DNA of 64,000 bases from Cytophagaceae bacterium (GTDB lineage Bacteria > Bacteroidota > Bacteroidia > Cytophagales > JAIYAX01). The notes under the pieces are model-generated. The model worked only from the letters and a program-made list of their open reading frames with translations, was not told where the DNA came from and did no database searches. Made by a program: the position numbers and the translations under genes. Position 1 is the first letter of the stretch; each line of letters starts with the position of its first letter. Location of the stretch: contig JAIYAX010000023.1 of the NCBI GenBank assembly GCA_027488815.1, positions 38,910 to 102,909 of the forward strand. The letters run 5' to 3'. This document shows positions 48,798-57,038 of this stretch, one piece after another.

Positions 48798-49472
48798 ATG
48801 GAGCATGAATATACTATAGTTTCAGTTTCCAGAACACTTTACTTCATTAGGGTATTTGGCTCAATTTTTATTGGCACAATGCTACAGTGGCCTTTTTATA
48901 TGCTTTTTTCAATTATTCCTCATGAAATAGTTTTTGTTGTTGTTGGATTACTAACTGCATACATGCTTTCAATCGTTACTAAGAAGCTTTATAGAGGTTG
49001 TTTGATTATTCGGTTTAGTGAAGAATTTGTGGAAATTGAAAACTATATTCCTTTACTTAGAAAGAAAAGTCATTTGACTTTCAAATGGAGTGAGCTAAAG
49101 AAGTTTGGCTTTGTTGATACTCAATATTTTAGAATTCTTGTTGTTAAGGACGGAAATAAAAAGATCCATATTGCTATGGATTATGATGAAGCAGTATATA
49201 ATTTTGAATGCGATTTAAATAGAAAGTTGGATGAATTAAAGGAGTTAGGAATATTAGATATTGTTAAACTGCCTAGTATTTATGAAAGAAAGATTGGGCT
49301 TTTTATAGCCATATTACTTTTAGTATTAATGGTCGTTTGGCCTATTGTTATCTTTATTAATGATGCTCAATTTAACATTGGGTTGATGTTGGTGTTTTAT
49401 TCGGGATCTTTGTTCTACATTTATGTTGTTTTCAAGAAACAGCAAAGTAAGATTCTCGCATATTTCTCTTAG
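48798..49472 (+). CDS. AT-rich hypothetical membrane protein (2 TM, soluble domain, 2 TM)
   Basis: 224-aa ORF with clean ATG, low GC; TAGTTTTG box at 48767-48774. Confidence 0.72.
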   Translation: MEHEYTIVSVSRTLYFIRVFGSIFIGTMLQWPFYMLFSIIPHEIVFVVVGLLTAYMLSIVTKKLYRGCLIIRFSEEFVEIENYIPLLRKKSHLTFKWSELKKFGFVDTQYFRILVVKDGNKKIHIAMDYDEAVYNFECDLNRKLDELKELGILDIVKLPSIYERKIGLFIAILLLVLMVVWPIVIFINDAQFNIGLMLVFYSGSLFYIYVVFKKQQSKILAYFS

Positions 49473-49486
49473 GCCACAGCCCCCAA

Positions 49487-49547
49487 CTGGCTCAAGTCTG
49501 TGACTTGTGCCTCCTTGAATGCTAGACTCTCCCCTTCAGTGTCACCC
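49487..49547 (+). repeat. REP-like family B hairpin followed by the left arm of a family A hairpin
   Basis: CTGGCTCAAGTCTGTGACTTGTGCCT (49487-49512); CTTCAGTGTCACCC (49534-49547). Confidence 0.75.
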
Positions 49548-49617
49548 AATAACAGGTTCCGCCATCGCCTTTACCACACTACTATTTGTTTGATTTATCT
49601 GGCACTTAAATTTATGA

Positions 49618-49842
49618 TCAGTCAGTGTCCTGAAGATCAGTTTTGTCAACCCCCGCTTGCTTCAGAATGGCGTACAAAGTTCCTTTAGGGAGATCTTTTT
49701 TATGCATTGGTACCACTGTTATTTTGCCTGATACTGGATTTTGATAGATGTGATGACTACCTTTTATCCGCTTTAACACAAATCCTTTACTTTCAAGGAG
49801 TTTACATAATTCTAAAGAGGTAAATGCAAGAAGATTACCCAA
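49618..49842 (-). CDS. hicA: HicA family toxin
   Basis: LESKGF...RIKGSHHIY...VVPMHKKDLPKGTL.AILKQAG; TTG start 1 nt after the hicB stop. Confidence 0.9.
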   Translation of the reverse strand: MGNLLAFTSLELCKLLESKGFVLKRIKGSHHIYQNPVSGKITVVPMHKKDLPKGTLYAILKQAGVDKTDLQDTD

Positions 49843-49843
49843 A

Positions 49844-50071
49844 TTAAGAGGCTAGAGTAAGTGAATACTCAAGAGTTTTGCTGTCATCAGGAACGGGCAA
49901 TCCTTGTTCTTTAAGTACTTCTATATAGCCTTCAATTGCTTCTTTTGCCATTGCAAGGGCCTCGGAGATGTTTTCGCCATAAGTAATACATCCAGGCAGC
50001 GAAGGCACTGATACTGTAAACCCCCCTTCTGTTTCTTCCGATAACAGTACTCTATAGGTCATCATGTCCAT
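49844..50071 (-). CDS. hicB: HicB family antitoxin, short form
   Basis: GGFTVSVPSLPGCITYGENISEALAMAKEAI; no C-terminal DNA-binding domain. Confidence 0.92.
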   Translation of the reverse strand: MDMMTYRVLLSEETEGGFTVSVPSLPGCITYGENISEALAMAKEAIEGYIEVLKEQGLPVPDDSKTLEYSLTLAS

Positions 50072-50135
50072 CAAATTTCATAAACAATTTTTAAAAATAA
50101 AAATGGGCATCCTTATACCTCCTTTGTATCACCCT

Positions 50136-50231
50136 TGCTGGCGCAAGTCTTTGACTTGTGCCTCACTGCTGGCGCAAGTCTTTGACTTGTGCCTCCCCCT
50201 CCTCAGTGTCACCCGGTAGGGGACTCTGTGG
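50136..50231 (+). repeat. Two identical tandem family B hairpins followed by a family A hairpin
   Basis: TGCTGGCGCAAGTCTTTGACTTGTGCCTC at 50136-50164 and 50167-50195; CCTCAGTGTCACCCGGTAGGGGACTCTGTGG at 50201-50231. Confidence 0.88.
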
Positions 50232-50359
50232 GGTCTCAATTACTTACTTTCAGCATTAGCATATGAATGACATTGGAATTTAATCTCAAATTTGAATTAA
50301 TACCCGCCTTTACAAATCTGCTGTCTCGGATTATATCTTGCTTCACCTAAATTTGAGAA

Positions 50360-50692
50360 ATGGCAAAATCAAAATCCTGGAGCACCCGGGCCCTTGAAAA
50401 CCTCCACGTGCCTCTTTGGCTAATTAAGGATACCTCATGGATGATGCAATGGAAACTGTTAGGAACTCTGATGGTAATACCCACTTTGACGGTTGCCTTT
50501 TGGATCGTTTGGAAAACCAGAAATCAGTCCATCATGTGGGTGAATGTGGCGGTTTGTTGCTGGATAGCGGCCAACTCTACCTGGATGCTGGGAGAGTTTT
50601 TCAAATGGAATTACCTCCCTTTTTCTCTTGCCTTTTTTATTTCCGGTGCCTTGGCTATGTTTCGTTTCACGGCCAAACAATCACTTAATTGA
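50360..50692 (+). CDS. Small hypothetical membrane protein
   Basis: ENLHVPLWLIKD.SWM, WIAANSTWM.GEF; host-like GC. Confidence 0.75.
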   Translation: MAKSKSWSTRALENLHVPLWLIKDTSWMMQWKLLGTLMVIPTLTVAFWIVWKTRNQSIMWVNVAVCCWIAANSTWMLGEFFKWNYLPFSLAFFISGALAMFRFTAKQSLN

Positions 50693-51314
50693 TCTCTTCA
50701 GGAGCCACACCGGGCTTTGCGTAACTCAGCCTTCCCAGTTTGGTTGTCTTATGGTAGCCATCAAGACCACTACAGGTGATTGTGCCTGCTTTTTCAATAT
50801 CCAAATAGCCATCAGAGGCTATCAAACCTTGTTCAAGAATGACTTCCTGCACCGATCCGATAAGCAAAATAGTGCCATTTATGCTTAGTTTTTGTTGTTC
50901 TTCCAGTTTGAGGCCAATCCTGATGATAGATTGCTCTACATAGGGAGCAGGGTTTAAAGAAGAATACCAGGGAGTTAATCCAACAGCCTCAAACTCCGAC
51001 TGCTGATAACGTGCGCTGGTTTGATGGGCTTGTTTGTAAAATGACTCCAAAACATGATTGAAGGTGAACCAACCCATTTCATTGATGTTTTGAAGGCTAT
51101 GTCTCTCGACACTGTCAGGTCGTACCAACACCCCCATCAGTGCAGGCGATGCTCCTATGTGGAATACCTGACTGAAAACAGCCAGGTTGGTCACTCCGGC
51201 TCGGTTGATACTGCCTATAAGATTGAGACTTTTAAAGCCGCTCAGCCCGTTGATCAGATTTCTCCTGAACAAGGGCTCCATCCGATCAAAATCTTCTCGG
51301 AAAAGGTGTTCCAC
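50685..51314 (-). CDS. Flavin reductase-like (FMN-binding split barrel) protein
   Basis: RNLINGLSGFKS.NLIG, NLAVFS, RHSLQNI, AHQTSARY, SEF. Confidence 0.85.
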   Translation of the reverse strand: MEHLFREDFDRMEPLFRRNLINGLSGFKSLNLIGSINRAGVTNLAVFSQVFHIGASPALMGVLVRPDSVERHSLQNINEMGWFTFNHVLESFYKQAHQTSARYQQSEFEAVGLTPWYSSLNPAPYVEQSIIRIGLKLEEQQKLSINGTILLIGSVQEVILEQGLIASDGYLDIEKAGTITCSGLDGYHKTTKLGRLSYAKPGVAPEEIN

Positions 51315-51320
51315 GCTGGA

Positions 51321-52034
51321 TTATCTTAAACTGCCCAAACCACCATCTACCCCGATGACCTGCCCTGTGATCCATGATGCAGTTGAGTCGAGCAGGAAAC
51401 AGGTAGCCGCAGAAAGGTCTTCAGCAGTACCAATTCTGCCCAAAGGATGTCTTTTGTCTGAAGCTTCTCTTTTTTCAGGCGAGCTCAGCAAAGCCCCGGC
51501 CAAAGGGGTATCTGTCAGCGAAGGCGCCAGCACATTAACCCTGATTTTTGAGGGAGACAGTTCCGCAGCCAAACTTCTTCCCAATCCTTCAACAGCCCCT
51601 TTGGAGGCTGCTACAGAAGCATGGAAACCCATGCCGACGCCAACGGCCACAGTGCTAAACAAAACCACAGAGGCTCCGCCGGCTTGTTTCAAATTTTTAA
51701 GTGCTGCCTGTATTGATCTTACTGCTCCCGATACGTTCACTGCAAAATCCTGCTCAAAATCTTGAACTGTTAACCTTGCAAAGGGCTTTAGGTTAATGGT
51801 TCCGGGGGAATACACCAGCCCATGGAGTTGCTCAGGCAAATGCGCTTGCAATGAGCTGAGGTCTGTTGTGACATCTGCCACTTGGTGTTGCAAGTGAGGG
51901 GATTCTATCGGCAAAGACCTTCTGGACCACACCAGCACATTGGCACCTTCTTCAAGCAGTTGCTTGACAACAGCAAGTCCAATGCCTGAACTACCACCCA
52001 CAACTAGGTAGTTTTTTCCGTTTTTATCAGCCAT
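51321..52034 (-). CDS. Atypical SDR oxidoreductase
   Basis: VGGSSGIG, RVNVLAPS, WITGQVIGVDGG; HASVAASK in place of YxxxK. Confidence 0.88.
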   Translation of the reverse strand: MADKNGKNYLVVGGSSGIGLAVVKQLLEEGANVLVWSRRSLPIESPHLQHQVADVTTDLSSLQAHLPEQLHGLVYSPGTINLKPFARLTVQDFEQDFAVNVSGAVRSIQAALKNLKQAGGASVVLFSTVAVGVGMGFHASVAASKGAVEGLGRSLAAELSPSKIRVNVLAPSLTDTPLAGALLSSPEKREASDKRHPLGRIGTAEDLSAATCFLLDSTASWITGQVIGVDGGLGSLR

Positions 52035-52728
52035 TCAGATTGCCGAGGTATTTCAAAAACTCATTCTTGCAGGCTTCAAGCTGAAACTTGCCCATGTATT
52101 GTGCAGTTACAGTTGAACTGTTGGTATCGTTCACCCCTCTGGAGCTTACACAGAGGTGTTTTGCGTCAATGACAACCGCTATGTCTTCGGTGTTAAGCAC
52201 TTCTTTTAGTTCTTGAGCAATTTGAACAGTAAGTCTTTCCTGTACTTGTGGCCTTTTCGCATAATATTGTACGATGCGGTTGATCTTACTGAGGCCGATC
52301 ACGTGGCCATTTGAAATGTAGGCTACATGTGCCCTGCCGATAATGGGTACAAAATGATGCTCGCAGTTGGAGTAAAACGTAATGTCTTTTTCAACGAGCA
52401 TCTCGTTGTATTTGTACTTGTTCTCGAACAGTTTAATCTTCGGCTTATTGTCTGGATTAAGTCCGCTGAAAATTTCCTTTACAAACATTTTAGCCACCCG
52501 ATGCGGGGTACCTTTCAGGCTGTCATCTGTAAGATCCAGACCTAGTATCTGCATAATCTCAGTGAAATGCTTTTCAATGAGCTCAATTTTTAACTCATCA
52601 TCTTTTTCGAATGCATCAGGTCTCAATGGAGTGTCATATGAGGTTCCGATGTGTTCATCGCCTATTTCGTCTATACTTAATTTGCCGTTAACGGGCGGGA
52701 TAACGGACAAAGTTCCTTTCTGTCTCAT
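52027..52728 (-). CDS. folE: GTP cyclohydrolase I
   Basis: TPHRVAKM, CEHHFVP, GLSK, RPQVQERLT, HLC..SRG. Confidence 0.96.
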   Translation of the reverse strand: MRQKGTLSVIPPVNGKLSIDEIGDEHIGTSYDTPLRPDAFEKDDELKIELIEKHFTEIMQILGLDLTDDSLKGTPHRVAKMFVKEIFSGLNPDNKPKIKLFENKYKYNEMLVEKDITFYSNCEHHFVPIIGRAHVAYISNGHVIGLSKINRIVQYYAKRPQVQERLTVQIAQELKEVLNTEDIAVVIDAKHLCVSSRGVNDTNSSTVTAQYMGKFQLEACKNEFLKYLGNLNG

Positions 52729-53098
52729 AAAGTGTAATGTGGAGTTCTTGCAGTGGATCGATGTGTTTTCTTAAAAGTTGATGAATAACTATAGCAATAT
52801 TTTCAGCTGATGGGATCACCTCTTTGAACTCTTCGGTGTCCAAATTTAGGTTTTTATGATCGAATTTATCGGTTACATGTTCCCTAATCAGGTCACTTAA
52901 CACCTTCATATCTATCACGTAGCCGGTTTCAGGGTTTACTTCACCTGTCACCTCTACAATCAGATCATAGTTGTGACCATGATAATTGTAGTTGTTACAC
53001 TTGCCAAACACCTCCAGATTTTTTTCATCTGACCATGCCGGATTGTGCAAACGATGGGCTGCATTGAAGTGCTCTTTCCTAAAGACCGTTACTTTCAT
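52688..53098 (-). CDS. 6-pyruvoyl-tetrahydropterin synthase, PTPS-II-type motif
   Basis: FNAAHRL, C-x5-HGH (CNNYNYHGH), DHKNLN, AENIA, LYETE. Confidence 0.88.
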   Translation of the reverse strand: MKVTVFRKEHFNAAHRLHNPAWSDEKNLEVFGKCNNYNYHGHNYDLIVEVTGEVNPETGYVIDMKVLSDLIREHVTDKFDHKNLNLDTEEFKEVIPSAENIAIVIHQLLRKHIDPLQELHITLYETERNFVRYPAR

Positions 53099-53127
53099 CT
53101 TAAATTAAAACATTGGGCCTGTGCAAA

Positions 53128-53166
53128 TGTTTTGAGTTTGTTTAAGAAATGTATTGTCAATGTTCA
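53128..53166. promoter_or_regulatory. Putative CarH/LitR-type operator: four direct repeats at 11-bp period
   Basis: TGT at 53128, 53139, 53150 and 53161 (minus strand AAAACA, TAAACA, AATACA, TGAACA). Confidence 0.5.
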
Positions 53167-54653
53167 ACAAACAAAAGTCTTCAGGGAAAAGGGTATTGGT
53201 TATTGGCAGTGGGATGGGCTCATTATCAACCGCCTGCCTTTTGGCCAAAGAAGGATTTGAAGTCGTTGTTTTAGAACAAAATTATTTACCCGGGGGCTGC
53301 ACCTCCTCCTATTGGCGCAAAGGATTTGTGTTTGAAGCCGGTGCCACCACCCTGGTAGGTTTGGATACAGGAATGCCTCTTCATTATTTATGCCAACAAT
53401 TGGGGATCAGTTTGCCCGCTGTTCCTCTGGAGCTTCCCATGAGGGTCAGGTTGCCAAATGGACGTTGGATCAACAAACCGAAATCCCTTGATGCCTGGAT
53501 CAGCGAGGCTGAGGCTTGTTTCGGTAAACAGGGACAAAGGCAATTTTGGACATTTTGTGCCAAAATAGCAGACTTTGTTTGGCAGACTTCTATCCGACAG
53601 CGGCGTTTCCCTCCCGGTCGGCTTTCTGATTTGGCTTGGGCCATACAGCATACGGATCTAAAGCAAATTATTAATTCCAGATGGGCATTGTCTACCATCC
53701 GGGATTTGTTGAAAAAACATGGTTTGCATGGCAATGATTTGTTCAAGGCATATATCAATGAGCAATTGCTCATCACCGCTCAGAATACTGCCGAGGAAGT
53801 CAACGTACTTTTTGGCTCAACAGCACTTTGCTATACCCAATCGACCAATTACTATATGCCCGGCGGCCTCATGGGCATGGTGCAACCTTTTGTTAGTTAT
53901 CTCGAGAGCAATGGAGGTAGCTTACTGCTCCGCCATGAGGTAAAAGAGATTTCGCATGATGGTCACCAATACCACCTACAAACATCCAAACATGGCAGTT
54001 TTGCAGCTAATTTTTTAGTCTCCGGCATACCTCTGAATAACTTTCAGGAACTGGCAGGAAAGGGTTTTAACTTCAGGAAACAAAACTCGATAATGCCCTC
54101 TGAGCGACTTAATTCTGCTTTTCAGATGGGCATAGCTTTCCGATCATCAGAAGGTACTTCCTTGCAAGCAAAAGACTGCCTACACTATCAGCTACATCTT
54201 GACCGTAAAATTTCTGGCCTAAACTCGGGCAGCTTGTTCATCAGCTTGAGCCACCCAGATGATCAATCAAGGAGCGATGCACCCTGCCACACTGTTGCAA
54301 GCGTGAGTACACATGTACATCATCCGGAGCAACACCTTAATTGGGATAAACAAGAGACGGAAGATGCTGTTTTGGATTTTCTGGCAGAGCTGGGCTTTTT
54401 TCAGAGACAAGATGTGGTGTACTACCACAGCTCAACTCCCGCTGCCTGGGAGAAATGGACCGGACGTAAATGGGGTTTTGTTGGCGGCTACCCACAGTTT
54501 AAAAGCATCATGCCCTGGCAAATGGCAGACTCCAGATTAGACGGTCATAAAGCATATTTGGTTGGGGATACTGCTTATCCGGGCCAGGGGATACCCGGAG
54601 TGACCCTGGGTGGTATCATCGCTTTTGAAAAACTCTTGGCAGACTGGTTTTAG
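53160..54653 (+). CDS. Phytoene desaturase family FAD oxidoreductase (CrtD/CrtISO-like)
   Basis: VIGSGMGSL, EQNYLPGGC, FEAGAT, YYMPGG, STP, VGDTAYPGQGIPGV. Confidence 0.85.
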   Translation: MFNKQKSSGKRVLVIGSGMGSLSTACLLAKEGFEVVVLEQNYLPGGCTSSYWRKGFVFEAGATTLVGLDTGMPLHYLCQQLGISLPAVPLELPMRVRLPNGRWINKPKSLDAWISEAEACFGKQGQRQFWTFCAKIADFVWQTSIRQRRFPPGRLSDLAWAIQHTDLKQIINSRWALSTIRDLLKKHGLHGNDLFKAYINEQLLITAQNTAEEVNVLFGSTALCYTQSTNYYMPGGLMGMVQPFVSYLESNGGSLLLRHEVKEISHDGHQYHLQTSKHGSFAANFLVSGIPLNNFQELAGKGFNFRKQNSIMPSERLNSAFQMGIAFRSSEGTSLQAKDCLHYQLHLDRKISGLNSGSLFISLSHPDDQSRSDAPCHTVASVSTHVHHPEQHLNWDKQETEDAVLDFLAELGFFQRQDVVYYHSSTPAAWEKWTGRKWGFVGGYPQFKSIMPWQMADSRLDGHKAYLVGDTAYPGQGIPGVTLGGIIAFEKLLADWF

Positions 54654-54710
54654 TCAGAGTTTGAATCTGCATTATTGTGTTGTATTTTCGTTGAGTAATC
54701 GTCAGTTTAT

Positions 54711-55787
54711 ATGCACAAATTAGGGTATTTTAGTGCCTTTTTGTTGCCTCTAGTGGTACTTCTGGGCCATTTCCTTGGCGGCGCTTTTGAGTTTTTAAAT
54801 GTGGCTTTTGTGTTCATAATCATTCCTTTACTGGATGAATTAGTAGGCAAAGACCGATACAATATCCCAAAAGAGGAAGTACAAGCAGTTTCTGATGATC
54901 AATTTTTCAAATGGGTAACCTACGCCTGGGTCTATGTTCAGTTTGTTTTGGTGATTTGGGGAGCATGGGTGGTTTCAACACAGGCACTCAGTACAGCAGA
55001 ATGGATAGGGTTTACACTAAGCATTGCACTTACCACTGGTGGTATTGGAATCACTGTCGCTCATGAATTAGGGCATAAAAAATCGGCAACTGAGCGCTTT
55101 TATGCCAAAGCCTTGCTAATGACGGTTAGCTACATGCACTTTTACATTGAACATAATCGTGGCCACCATGTCAGAGTGGCTACGCCCGAAGATCCTGCAA
55201 CAGCCAGAAAAGGAGAGTCCTTTTATGCTTTTTGGCTCAGGGCTGTATTTATTGGTTATTCTCATGCCTGGCAGCTGGAGAATGAGCGTATGAAGCGAAA
55301 CGGGAAACATCCCCTTAGTCTTGATAATGAAATGATCAGGTTTACCATCCTACCCATCGCTTTTGCCGGGCTGCTTTGGCTGACTTTGAGCCTATACACC
55401 GGAAGCAATGCCTGGCAGGCTTTGCCTTTCTTTTTTGTGCAGTCATTTTTTGCATTTACCCTATTGGAGTTGGTGGACTATATTGAGCACTATGGCATAG
55501 TGCGTAAACCAACTGCTGACGGCCGTTATGAAAGGGTAAATCCGTTGCATAGCTGGAATGCCAATCATCTGGTATCAAACTTCTTTCTCTTTCAGCTTCA
55601 AAGACACAGCGATCACCATGCTCATGCCATCAAACGATATCAGGTACTAGATCACCTCGATGAAAGCCCTCAGTTGCCTTTTGGTTATCCTACCATGATT
55701 TTGATGGCTTTGATCCCTCCACTTTGGTTCACTCTGATGGATAAAAAGCTAGAGAATTGGAAAACCGCAAGTCTTTCGGCAGGTTGA
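54711..55787 (+). CDS. alkB: Alkane 1-monooxygenase family diiron membrane hydroxylase
   Basis: HELGH, EHNRGHH, DYIEHYG, LQRHSDHHA boxes. Confidence 0.92.
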   Translation: MHKLGYFSAFLLPLVVLLGHFLGGAFEFLNVAFVFIIIPLLDELVGKDRYNIPKEEVQAVSDDQFFKWVTYAWVYVQFVLVIWGAWVVSTQALSTAEWIGFTLSIALTTGGIGITVAHELGHKKSATERFYAKALLMTVSYMHFYIEHNRGHHVRVATPEDPATARKGESFYAFWLRAVFIGYSHAWQLENERMKRNGKHPLSLDNEMIRFTILPIAFAGLLWLTLSLYTGSNAWQALPFFFVQSFFAFTLLELVDYIEHYGIVRKPTADGRYERVNPLHSWNANHLVSNFFLFQLQRHSDHHAHAIKRYQVLDHLDESPQLPFGYPTMILMALIPPLWFTLMDKKLENWKTASLSAG

Positions 55788-57026
55788 TCAGAACTCAATG
55801 GATATTTCCATGAGTTCTTCACTTCTTTTCAATTTCACTTTGACCTGATCCCCTTTCTTAAATTGTGAAAGTGCTTTCATGTAGTCCATGATGTTGGGAG
55901 TAGGAAAGTTTCCGATTTCCAGAATAATATCATCCTTTCTAATTCCGGCTTTTTGAGCAGGTTTACCCTCAGTGACACCATCCAACTTGATCCCTTCGCC
56001 CTGGTAGGCATAGTCAGGAATAACCCCAAGGGTGACTTTGAAACGGGGAGCATTTCCGGTCGTACTGTTCCGGGTAGGGGTGAAGGCCAATTTGGGCAAT
56101 TGAAGAAGACTATCCGTCACGATGATCATGTAGTCAAGCACTTCTTTTTCGCCCTGGTAGTTGATTTTTTCAGCATCGTCACCCGGTTTATGATAATCCG
56201 AATGGATCCCTGTGAAAAAATGAAGCACAGGAATGTCTTTCAGATAAAATGAAGTATGATCCGAAGGCCCCATACCTGAAGAGTCGGGGCGAACCGCAAA
56301 ACTTTTGGGCTGAAGTGCAATCAACAGGCTTTGTAATTGAGGGCTGGTACCTGTGCCACTCACGGTGATCCGGGGATTGGCTGTATCAAGTCGACCGATC
56401 ATGTCCATATTGATCATCAGATGCACCTTTTTGAAGTCAATCCCCGGCCTTTCACAAAAGGCCTTAGATCCTAATAGACCCATTTCCTCTGCACTGAATG
56501 CAATGAAAAGGAAATTATAAGGCTCCTTAGCTTTGTTGGTGGCATAGTATCTGGCCAGTTCGAGTAAGCCTGCCGTTCCGGAAGCATTGTCGTCAGCACC
56601 ATTATGAATTTTTCCTTTGGCCTCGGCACTCAATGAACCAGCTCTTTCTCCCTTACCCAGGTGGTCGTAATGAGCGCCTATGATGACGGAATGTTCAGCA
56701 GAGTTATCCAGATAGGCAACAACATTATGGCTGACCGTTTTTGGAGAAAGTGTATCAAATCCATGTGGATTGGTAGGGTCTGGCTCTCTAAACTCAAATT
56801 TCTGAAGGAAGCTTCCTCCATCACCTTTAGGGCTTAGCTTGTATTTTTTGAACCATTTGACCAGGTATTCAGCAGCCTTTCGTTCGCCTTCGCAAGCTGT
56901 TCCTCTACCTTCCAGATCATCAGAAGCAAGATAAGTAATGTGCTTCTTCAATTGCTCTATATCGGCCTGAGCACTGACTTGCGTAGTACCCAGGGCTATA
57001 ATGAGAAATAGGGTAATGTATTTCAT
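55788..57026 (-). CDS. M28 family peptidase with C-terminal PDZ
   Basis: GAHYDH, GADDNASG, AEEMG, NMDM, SDH, DYH; LGVIPD...PAQKAGI. Confidence 0.92.
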   Translation of the reverse strand: MKYITLFLIIALGTTQVSAQADIEQLKKHITYLASDDLEGRGTACEGERKAAEYLVKWFKKYKLSPKGDGGSFLQKFEFREPDPTNPHGFDTLSPKTVSHNVVAYLDNSAEHSVIIGAHYDHLGKGERAGSLSAEAKGKIHNGADDNASGTAGLLELARYYATNKAKEPYNFLFIAFSAEEMGLLGSKAFCERPGIDFKKVHLMINMDMIGRLDTANPRITVSGTGTSPQLQSLLIALQPKSFAVRPDSSGMGPSDHTSFYLKDIPVLHFFTGIHSDYHKPGDDAEKINYQGEKEVLDYMIIVTDSLLQLPKLAFTPTRNSTTGNAPRFKVTLGVIPDYAYQGEGIKLDGVTEGKPAQKAGIRKDDIILEIGNFPTPNIMDYMKALSQFKKGDQVKVKLKRSEELMEISIEF

Positions 57027-57038
57027 GTAAAAATCCGT

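Noticed and set aside
47503-49472. Canonical integron attC cassettes
   Set aside because: No RYYYAAC/GTTRRRY boxes at the hairpin bases, cargo on both strands and no integrase; kept only as an analogy
47356-50231. CRISPR array, suggested by ~30-bp palindromic repeats
   Set aside because: Spacing is irregular (2 bp to about 800 bp), orientations are mixed, genes lie between repeats and there are no cas genes
51054-52774. Plus-strand ORFs, including the 192-aa 51187-51765
   Set aside because: Antisense shadows of the flavin reductase, SDR and folE genes, with no recognisable motifs
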